The translations under genes and the position numbers were made by a program. The notes beneath the pieces were generated by a model. That model ran no database searches. It was not told the DNA's origin and saw nothing but the letters and a program-made list of their open reading frames with translations. Source: an uncultured bacterium (GTDB taxonomy: Bacteria; CAIJMQ01). From it: 16,709 nucleotides of DNA. Positions 1-6,458 of the stretch are shown here, piece after piece. How positions within the stretch are numbered: the stretch's first letter is position 1; each line of letters begins with the position of its first letter. The stretch covers positions 1 through 16,709 of the forward strand of contig CAZNJA010000027.1 in assembly GCA_964573245.1 (NCBI GenBank). The letters run 5' to 3'.

Positions 1-1
1 T

Positions 2-610
2 ATTTTAGCCGCCGCTTACAGAAACGCAATTCCTGTTTTCACGTCTTCGCCGGGTGATTCGACAATAGGAATGAATGTTGCAGGGCTGGAACTTCTGAGT
101 GAAGCGAAAGACTTAAAAAATAAATTCAAGTTAAAAATAAACCCGAGTATTGATGTAAATGATTCTACGGCTATTGTATTAAACGCTAAAAGATACGAAA
201 AAGGCAAAACAGGTGTTATCTTAATCGGCGGCGGAAGCCCAAAAAACTTTATGCTCCAAACCGAACCGCAAATCCAGGAAGTATTGATGATACCTGAACT
301 GGGGCAAGATTATGACATTAACATAACAGACGCAAGGCCCGACACGGGCGGTCTATCAGGCGCGCCCCCGAGCGAAGCCGCAAGCTGGGGGAAAATCGAC
401 CCGAAACAATTGGAAGAAACCGTAACTGCATATCTTGACGTGACATTGGCATTCCCGATATTGGTAGCTTATACAATACAATCTACAAACGTGAAAAAAC
501 AAAAAAGATTGTATGACAGGGGCGAAGAACTTCGCAAAAAGTTAATAGAATCATATCTTGAAAATAATAAGGAAGTGGAACAGTTAAAAACTCTTATAAA
601 AAAACTGTGA
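2..610 (+). CDS. Deoxyhypusine synthase-like protein (probable homospermidine synthase type), 5'-truncated by the window
   Basis: The frame is open from nt 2 ([23 protein letters not shown]) into the 71..610 ORF. DHS-family motifs: SPGDSx[33 protein letters not shown] (catalytic Lys in WGK). Confidence 0.9.
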   Translation: MLAAAYRNAIPVFTSSPGDSTIGMNVAGLELLSEAKDLKNKFKLKINPSIDVNDSTAIVLNAKRYEKGKTGVILIGGGSPKNFMLQTEPQIQEVLMIPELGQDYDINITDARPDTGGLSGAPPSEAASWGKIDPKQLEETVTAYLDVTLAFPILVAYTIQSTNVKKQKRLYDRGEELRKKLIESYLENNKEVEQLKTLIKKL

Positions 611-646
611 GTAGGTAAGCAAAAAACATAAGAATAAAGGGTAATA

Positions 647-1543
647 ATGACTAACATACAAACACCTTGGAATGAAGTAAGAGCCAATAATTTTGAAAAG
701 CTAAATACATTCATAGGAATGATTGAAAATAAAGTCCATTTGAATATATATGATATTACTCAGATATTTAGAGGACAAGCTAAATCGGCATGGACTCTTA
801 AACCAACCCTACTAAGATCCCTTATAGAACCTGATAAACTTAAGTTCAAGGATATAGTCGACTTAGAATTTAAAGCACTTGGAAATTTTAAAAAACGGGC
901 ACACCTCTTTCACAAAACATCTTTGATTAGAAAAGAAGATACAGAATTGGATTGGTGGACATTAATGCAACATTATGGGGCACCTACAAGAATGCTGGAT
1001 TGGACTACATCACCTTATGTTGCCCTATATTACGCTGTCTCAGGAGAATTCGACACAGATGGAGCAATTTGGTTTTTTTTAGTCGGGGATCTTATTGAGA
1101 AGACGGCACAACTTTATGGTAAGTCTGCCAATCCTCCAAAAGAAGATTATGAAAAAATAGCACGAGATCCAAATGTGAACCCTATAATAGACGTTTATGC
1201 TAGAGATCTACTTACAGATAGGATGATTAATCAGCAGGGATTATTTACATTTTGTCATAATGTCTTAGAAGACCATGCGTACGCAATAGGAAATGTGTTG
1301 AGTAAATTTGAAGAACCAGGTAGACGGCTCTGGAAAGTTGTTATTCCGAAAGAACTTAAAATACAATTCCTTGCAAAGCTCCATACTATGAACATTACAG
1401 GAGCATCGCTATTTCTGGGAGCAGATGGAATTGGAAAGTATCTAAATGAATTAATGTACATTGAGTCTGGTCATAACATCCCCGGAATAAAAGCATTTCT
1501 GGAAAAAGAGAAAAACATAACCCATGAAAGAGAAACTACTTAA
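647..1543 (+). CDS. FRG domain-containing protein
   Basis: IFRGQ, LKPTLLR, LMQHYGAPTRMLDWTTSPYVALYYA, RMINQQGLF, and C-terminal L..MNITGASLF.G.DG are typical FRG-family motifs. The 3' end overlaps the next gene by 20 nt. Confidence 0.92.
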   Translation: MTNIQTPWNEVRANNFEKLNTFIGMIENKVHLNIYDITQIFRGQAKSAWTLKPTLLRSLIEPDKLKFKDIVDLEFKALGNFKKRAHLFHKTSLIRKEDTELDWWTLMQHYGAPTRMLDWTTSPYVALYYAVSGEFDTDGAIWFFLVGDLIEKTAQLYGKSANPPKEDYEKIARDPNVNPIIDVYARDLLTDRMINQQGLFTFCHNVLEDHAYAIGNVLSKFEEPGRRLWKVVIPKELKIQFLAKLHTMNITGASLFLGADGIGKYLNELMYIESGHNIPGIKAFLEKEKNITHERETT

Positions 1544-2657
1544 ACTAGCGAAAAAACACGGGACTCCCCTATTCATAATAGACCACGACAAAATAAGGGA
1601 AAACTTCCGAATCTTCAGTAAAAACCTGCCCGATGTGCAGGTATATTACGCGGTAAAAGCAAACTCCAATCAGGAAATAATCAGAACGTTATTTAATGAA
1701 GGTTCCAGTTTCGATGTTGCTTCCTACAACGAGTTCATACAAATTTACGAACAGCTCAAAAGTTTCAGAAAAAAAGAAAAAGATTTCTTTATCTGGGACA
1801 AAATAATTTTCTCCAATACCATAAAAGACATTCCGACTTTAAAAAAGATAAAAAAATATAGACCTCTTGTAACATACGATAACAGCGACGAGATTAAAAA
1901 AATAAAACAGCATTGTCCGACAGCAGGGTTAGTGTTACGTTTGAAAGTTCCTGATAACGGCTCGCAGGTGGAAATGGGTTCGAAATTCGGCGCAGAGCCG
2001 AGTGAAGCGGCTGATTTGATACAACAGGCATTTGATTTGGGCTTAAATGTAGAAGGTTTGAGTTTCCACGTAGGAAGCCAATGCACGAACTTTGATAATT
2101 ACAGCTCGGCGCTGCATATAATATCCGATATCTTCAACGATTCAAGGAAAAAAGGTTATGGTTTGAGAATAGTAGATATAGGCGGCGGATTCCCTGTGCC
2201 TTATGATAAGCAAGTTCCAAAATTCGAAAAATTGGCAAACATAATCCACAGCGAATGTAAAAGATTATTTCCAAAAGATATAGAACTCATAGCCGAGCCC
2301 GGTAGATTTATGGTAGCAACAGCCGCAATACTAGTTTCGGAGATAATAGGAAAAGCGAGAAGAGACGGTAAAATCTTCTATCATATAAACGACGGCGTAT
2401 ATCATACATTTTCAGGTATAGTTTATGACCATTGGATCCCGAATTTTCAAGCATTCAAACGCGGTAAAAACGAGGTCTGCGCAGTCGTAGGGCCAACCTG
2501 CGACAGTTTCGATAAAGTATCCGTCTCCGAACATTTGCCGGGCAATCTGGAAATCGGCGACTATCTTTATACAAAAAATATAGGCGCATACAGCACCGCT
2601 TCTTCGACAAAATTCAACGGTTTCGACGGCGCCGGGATTTTACATATTAATAAATAA
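1524..2657 (+). CDS. Fold-type III PLP-dependent ornithine/lysine/arginine decarboxylase (ODC-like)
   Basis: YYAVKAN (PLP Lys), FDVAS, SKFGA, SFHVGSQ, DIGGGF, EPGR, GPTCD, GAY. Substrate cannot be determined by eye. Confidence 0.92.
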   Translation: MKEKLLKLAKKHGTPLFIIDHDKIRENFRIFSKNLPDVQVYYAVKANSNQEIIRTLFNEGSSFDVASYNEFIQIYEQLKSFRKKEKDFFIWDKIIFSNTIKDIPTLKKIKKYRPLVTYDNSDEIKKIKQHCPTAGLVLRLKVPDNGSQVEMGSKFGAEPSEAADLIQQAFDLGLNVEGLSFHVGSQCTNFDNYSSALHIISDIFNDSRKKGYGLRIVDIGGGFPVPYDKQVPKFEKLANIIHSECKRLFPKDIELIAEPGRFMVATAAILVSEIIGKARRDGKIFYHINDGVYHTFSGIVYDHWIPNFQAFKRGKNEVCAVVGPTCDSFDKVSVSEHLPGNLEIGDYLYTKNIGAYSTASSTKFNGFDGAGILHINK

Positions 2658-2672
2658 AAAAAAGGAGGAGAT

Positions 2673-2915
2673 ATGGAAAACGAAGCATTAGCAGCAGGAG
2701 CAGCAATTGGCACTTTTATGGTTGCAGGGATATTTGCTCTTTTCGTTACAATATTGATGGTGGTTGCCTACTGGAAGATTTGTGAAAAAGCAGGTTTTCC
2801 GGGGCCATTATCTTTACTTATGCTCATTCCTGTCGCAAATTTTATCTTAGTCTTATACATCGCATTTGCAGAATGGCCCGCACTGAAACAAAATAAACCG
2901 CAACAACTCCAATAG
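2673..2915 (+). CDS. Small membrane protein (WKIxxKAGxPG...LIPxxN type)
   Basis: Strong AGGAGG RBS just upstream, 2-3 hydrophobic segments, conserved-looking WKICEKAGFPG and LIPVAN motifs. Confidence 0.8.
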   Translation: MENEALAAGAAIGTFMVAGIFALFVTILMVVAYWKICEKAGFPGPLSLLMLIPVANFILVLYIAFAEWPALKQNKPQQLQ

Positions 2916-2928
2916 ATATATATCACCG

Positions 2929-3681
2929 ATGCGGAAATCTTACGAAGCACATGATAACGAATATAAGAAGATGAAGTCCCGCGGAATTAAATCCTGGGAA
3001 CAAAGAAACTATCCTTGGTCAATCTTTCCTCCGGATAAACATTTTATAGAGGATATTTTCATGCTGGGATGGGCTCTGCAAAAAGGACAGGCAATCGAAT
3101 TGGGCTGCGGTACTGGAACAATAAGCAGATGGCTAACCAAGAAGGGTTTTAAGGTCACGGGTATAGACATCAGCAAAACCGCAATACAAATGGCAAAAGC
3201 CCAATCAAAAGGGTTTAAAATAAAATATATAAAGGACGATTTCTGTTCAATGGACATAAAACCTTTGGGTAAATATGACCTTTGCATAGACGGACATTTC
3301 TTGCATTGTATTACCGATAAAAAAGATAGAAAAACAGTCCTGCGCAAAATTCGGCGAATTTTAAATCCGGGCGGTATTTTCATCGTAATGAGCATGTGCT
3401 CCCCTATCAGCCACAAAATTTTTGCAAAGGTATATACAAATCAGAGAATATTGGGCAATATAATTTATGTCGAAGCGAAAAAATATGGCACATTCCAGGG
3501 CATAAGAACAATACAAGGCAAAAAATATATTCCTACACGATATATCTCGCATTGGAAAGCTCTTCTATCCGAACTAGAAGAATCCGGTTTTGCCCCGATG
3601 ATTACCCAAATTATCAGATACGACAAAAATAACCCGGAAGAACCCACAGGGCTTCTTAGTGTAGCAGCGATAAGAAAGTGA
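2929..3681 (+). CDS. Class I SAM-dependent methyltransferase
   Basis: Motif I IELGCGTG, VTGIDIS, YDLCID, RILNPGG. Confidence 0.9.
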   Translation: MRKSYEAHDNEYKKMKSRGIKSWEQRNYPWSIFPPDKHFIEDIFMLGWALQKGQAIELGCGTGTISRWLTKKGFKVTGIDISKTAIQMAKAQSKGFKIKYIKDDFCSMDIKPLGKYDLCIDGHFLHCITDKKDRKTVLRKIRRILNPGGIFIVMSMCSPISHKIFAKVYTNQRILGNIIYVEAKKYGTFQGIRTIQGKKYIPTRYISHWKALLSELEESGFAPMITQIIRYDKNNPEEPTGLLSVAAIRK

Positions 3682-3760
3682 TTGGAATTTGGAGATTGAA
3701 ATTTGTTTGGTTATTGTTTCTTGCCGCCTGCCAATCTTTGCGGGCAGGTATCTTGGTTAT
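3682..3760 (+). repeat. Degenerate heptamer tandem array (TTGnnnn) with a GC-rich palindrome inserted at 3724-3748
   Basis: TTGGAAT TTGGAGA TTGAAAT TTGT TTGGTTA TTGTTTC TTG[CCGCCTGCCAATCTTTGCGGGCAGG]TATC TTGGTTA; arms CCTGCC 3727-3732 and GGCAGG 3743-3748. Confidence 0.7.
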
Positions 3761-3774
3761 TCGACAAAGAATAT

Positions 3775-3803
3775 TTGACATATTATTTGACGAAGAAGAT
3801 AAT
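3775..3803 (+). promoter_or_regulatory. Sigma70-type promoter for the 3845 gene
   Basis: TTGACA (3775-3780), 17-nt spacer, GATAAT (3798-3803); GGAGG RBS at 3833-3837. Confidence 0.65.
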
Positions 3804-3844
3804 AATCCAATAAATTAATATAGTTGAACGCTGGAGGTTAACTC

Positions 3845-4252
3845 ATGAATAACATGGTGCTTACAGTTGTTCTGTCGATTTTGGGAAGCATTTTTATTAC
3901 ATGGGCTCTTACTAAACACCACTGCCGAAAATCATCCAAAACTCTCACCAAACTGGTCAAAGAATTAGCGCCTTACAAGGAAATTGCACTTGAGAAAGGA
4001 TCAGCACAGCTCCTGCTGGAACTTATCTATGCTTTAGAGAATAATAAAATCTACTGGCGAGAGTTCACTGTCTTTATACAGACAATGATACAAGCCGGCA
4101 ATATAGCAAACGAAACCATAGAACATATTTCCTTAGTAGAGGCCCAAAGATTAACCATGTCAAGTAGAATTTCACCTCGCGAGGCTCAAAGCGTCCGTAA
4201 AATAGAAATCTTCAAACTCAGGCAGACTTTGGAAGAACAACTGAAAAAGTAA
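3845..4252 (+). CDS. Hypothetical protein with N-terminal TM anchor
   Basis: 135-aa ORF with GGAGG RBS and upstream promoter; hydrophobic N-terminus; no recognised motif. Confidence 0.7.
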   Translation: MNNMVLTVVLSILGSIFITWALTKHHCRKSSKTLTKLVKELAPYKEIALEKGSAQLLLELIYALENNKIYWREFTVFIQTMIQAGNIANETIEHISLVEAQRLTMSSRISPREAQSVRKIEIFKLRQTLEEQLKK

Positions 4253-4352
4253 CTATAAATCAAAGAAATCAAATTTATGAGATATGTATTCCCATACCAA
4301 AGTTTTAGTGTGCAAGTGACAATATAATTTTAGTTGAAGAAGGGAGATAGAA

Positions 4353-4751
4353 ATGGATGAAGAGAAAAATCATTTACAGTTGCTTTCAATATTCCATTAC
4401 ATAGTAGGAGGAATTACGTGGCTTTTTGCGTGTTTTCCACTAATACACCTCGTGATGGGACTAATAATGGTGTTTCGACCTGAAACATTCGGGACAAATG
4501 CAAATAATCAACCACCTGTATTTGTAGGATGGTTCTTTATTTTAATGGGCAGTATATTTATTCTATCCGGATGGGCAATGGCTCTCTGTATGATTTTTGC
4601 GGGCAGATTTCTTGTGCGGCACAGAAAATATATTTTTTGTATGGTAATTGCAGCAATCGAATGTATGTTCGTGCCATTCGGGACAATACTTGGAGTATTC
4701 ACAATTGTTATTCTGCAAAAAGATACGGTGAAGAAATTGTTTGAGGGTTGA
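4353..4751 (+). CDS. Hypothetical multi-pass membrane protein
   Basis: GGGAG RBS, 3-4 TM segments, HLxLLSIFHY...PFGTILGVFTIVIL pattern resembling a conserved hypothetical family. Confidence 0.8.
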   Translation: MDEEKNHLQLLSIFHYIVGGITWLFACFPLIHLVMGLIMVFRPETFGTNANNQPPVFVGWFFILMGSIFILSGWAMALCMIFAGRFLVRHRKYIFCMVIAAIECMFVPFGTILGVFTIVILQKDTVKKLFEG

Positions 4752-4765
4752 TATATTCGTTGGTA

Positions 4766-4801
4766 TTGACAAATAAATTACTCTGTATTACAATGTATAC
4801 A
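4766..4801 (+). promoter_or_regulatory. TA operon promoter with probable RHH operator palindromes
   Basis: TTGACA 4766-4771, 17-nt spacer, TACAAT 4789-4794; palindromes TGTA-T-TACA (4784-4792) and TGTATACA (4794-4801) overlap the -10. Confidence 0.75.
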
Positions 4802-4822
4802 AATTAATACAGGAGAGTGAAT

Positions 4823-5041
4823 ATGAGTACAACAGTATCAATTAGATTACCTGCTGATTTAGCAAAACAGTTAGAAGACGTTGCGCGCGAGACCGAAAGG
4901 TCAAAAGCATTCCACATCCAAAAAGCGCTTGAAACTTACATGGAAGATTATGTTGACCTGCAGATTGCTTTGGATAGATTACACGATAGAACCGATGTTG
5001 TAATATCAAGTAAAGATATGAGGAAAACCCTTGGCATTTAA
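4823..5041 (+). CDS. Ribbon-helix-helix (CopG/RelB-like) antitoxin
   Basis: TVSIRLPADLAKQLEDVARETERSKAFHIQKAL RHH signature and acidic C-terminus. ATG 4823 is preferred over GTG 4817 because of its spacing from AGGAG (4811-4815). Overlaps the toxin start. Confidence 0.88.
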   Translation: MSTTVSIRLPADLAKQLEDVARETERSKAFHIQKALETYMEDYVDLQIALDRLHDRTDVVISSKDMRKTLGI

Positions 5042-5282
5042 TGTCGTCTACAAAAAATCTGTCTATCGCGACCTCAAAAAACTTTCAAAATCTGAAGCTA
5101 AAAGAGTGGTGGATAAGATTGAAAAAGAACTTTCCCAAAACGCCGATAAATATCCCGTATTAAAAGCAGAGTTTACGGGATTAAGAAAATACCGAGTAGG
5201 CGACTACAGAGTAGTTTACGCACTTATTGCTAAGGAAGTTACTATTTTACGCATACGCCACCGTAAAGATGTTTATAAATAA
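5031..5282 (+). CDS. relE: Type II toxin, RelE/ParE superfamily (RelE-like mRNA interferase)
   Basis: 83 aa, basic; LRKYRVGDYRVVY...ILRIRHRKDVYK typical of RelE; TTG start overlapping the antitoxin. Confidence 0.88.
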   Translation: MAFNVVYKKSVYRDLKKLSKSEAKRVVDKIEKELSQNADKYPVLKAEFTGLRKYRVGDYRVVYALIAKEVTILRIRHRKDVYK

Positions 5283-5362
5283 ATCAGAGGGGGGAGTAAA
5301 TCTGGTAGAGGTGGGATGAGATTGTTCCGGAAACAGTATTTCTTTCTACAACTTCACTTTCT

Positions 5363-5689
5363 ATGAATTCAATATTTTGGGTATACGTTGCGTTTTTGGT
5401 AATAGTTATAGTAAATGCCATTCTACGCAGGTTCTATTCAACCTTTTTGCTCTTTGTAGCTTTCAGTCTCTTTCTGTTTTTAGTGGGAAATCCTTACCTT
5501 ACAATAATAGTGGGAATTTCGTTAATGACTACATCATTAATTGATTTATTAAGTATAATCAAAATAATTAAGTCTCAAGCTTACAAGCAACTACCAAAAG
5601 CTTCACAGTTAAAATTTTTCAAGAAGAAGGCAAATGAAGAAGAAATACTCTATAAAGTGTTACACAGAATCAGGAATAATATAATTTGA
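5363..5689 (+). CDS. Hypothetical membrane protein
   Basis: 108 aa, three hydrophobic segments and a basic tail; no obvious RBS, so the start is uncertain. Confidence 0.55.
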   Translation: MNSIFWVYVAFLVIVIVNAILRRFYSTFLLFVAFSLFLFLVGNPYLTIIVGISLMTTSLIDLLSIIKIIKSQAYKQLPKASQLKFFKKKANEEEILYKVLHRIRNNII

Positions 5690-5714
5690 CATATTTGCTG
5701 AGGAGGCAGATAAT
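5686..5714 (+). promoter_or_regulatory. Sigma70-type promoter for the 5733 gene (sister copy of 3775-3803)
   Basis: TTGACA 5686-5691, 17-nt spacer, GATAAT 5709-5714; AAGGAG RBS follows. Confidence 0.65.
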
Positions 5715-5732
5715 TTTTGAAAGGAGAAAATT

Positions 5733-6362
5733 ATGGAAAAAATAAAAGATATTCTCGAGATATTATATTTTGCGAGTGGTCCCATTATAGCCATAGCGGC
5801 TTCTATAGGACTATACCAGTTAATAATTACTAAAAGAAATGCAATAATTTCTTCCAAAAGAGATGCATATCGACTAGCAGCAGAGCAATGTAGGTTCTAT
5901 AATGAAAAAATAATACCACTCGTGGATGCTTTGGATGAACAAATTGAAAAGAAGAGTATTGCTATGTTTGAAAAATCAAAAGTTACGATTAAAGCAGAAA
6001 GTTTTGAAGTGAAATTTCACATAGCTCCTGACGATAAGCCAAAGGTAATTTCAATTTTACCTGAAATTGTTTATGTTCTTAATGCTATGGAGAGTTTCTC
6101 AATGTTTTTTACATCTGGACTTGCAGATGAAAAGATCGCATATTCTGTTATTGGTAAAACATTCCGTAGCACTGTGAAAAAATTTTTACCTTTTTTAGAG
6201 CTAACTTTTAACCCATCAGAAGATTTTAAACCTATGCTTGAACTGTTTTTTCTTTGGAATAACCGTGCTCAACATGAAGCATTGTTGAAAGATAAAAAAA
6301 CTATAGAGGAACGACTTGGAAACATTGATAATAATTCAATAAATCCTGTCGGAACTGCCTAA
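5733..6362 (+). CDS. Hypothetical protein with N-terminal TM, possibly DUF4760-like
   Basis: AAGGAG RBS, TM near residues 10-30; VLNAMESFSMFFTSGLADEKI recalls the LNxxE...GxxDE pattern of DUF4760 (family call tentative). Confidence 0.65.
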   Translation: MEKIKDILEILYFASGPIIAIAASIGLYQLIITKRNAIISSKRDAYRLAAEQCRFYNEKIIPLVDALDEQIEKKSIAMFEKSKVTIKAESFEVKFHIAPDDKPKVISILPEIVYVLNAMESFSMFFTSGLADEKIAYSVIGKTFRSTVKKFLPFLELTFNPSEDFKPMLELFFLWNNRAQHEALLKDKKTIEERLGNIDNNSINPVGTA

Positions 6363-6416
6363 ATATTAGTACATATTATGTTTTTTCCCTCGTCTTCTCT
6401 AATCTGTCCCCCACTA

Positions 6417-6458
6417 TTAACCCCCGACGCGAAGTCGGAGTGGGTTTATCAACCCACT
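6417..6458. repeat. Overlapping palindromes at the M48 gene stop; REP-like and/or bidirectional terminator between convergent genes
   Basis: CCGAC-GCGAA-GTCGG hairpin (6424-6438) inside AACCC...GGGTT; AGTGGGTT-TATC-AACCCACT (6439-6458) spans the stop codon. Confidence 0.55.

Noticed and set aside
6400-6412. TAATCTGTCCCC as one end of an inverted-repeat-bounded cassette
   Set aside because: No convincing GGGGACAGATT partner found; the G-run near 5288-5294 is too dissimilar.
3760-6420. Integron cassette array (GTTGAAC at 3823-3829 fits GTTRRRY; TAGTTGAA recurs at 3821 and 4331)
   Set aside because: No matching RYYYAAC inverse cores or attC-like stems found after the ORFs, no integrase, and the genes carry their own promoters. 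The shared 8-mer may be chance.
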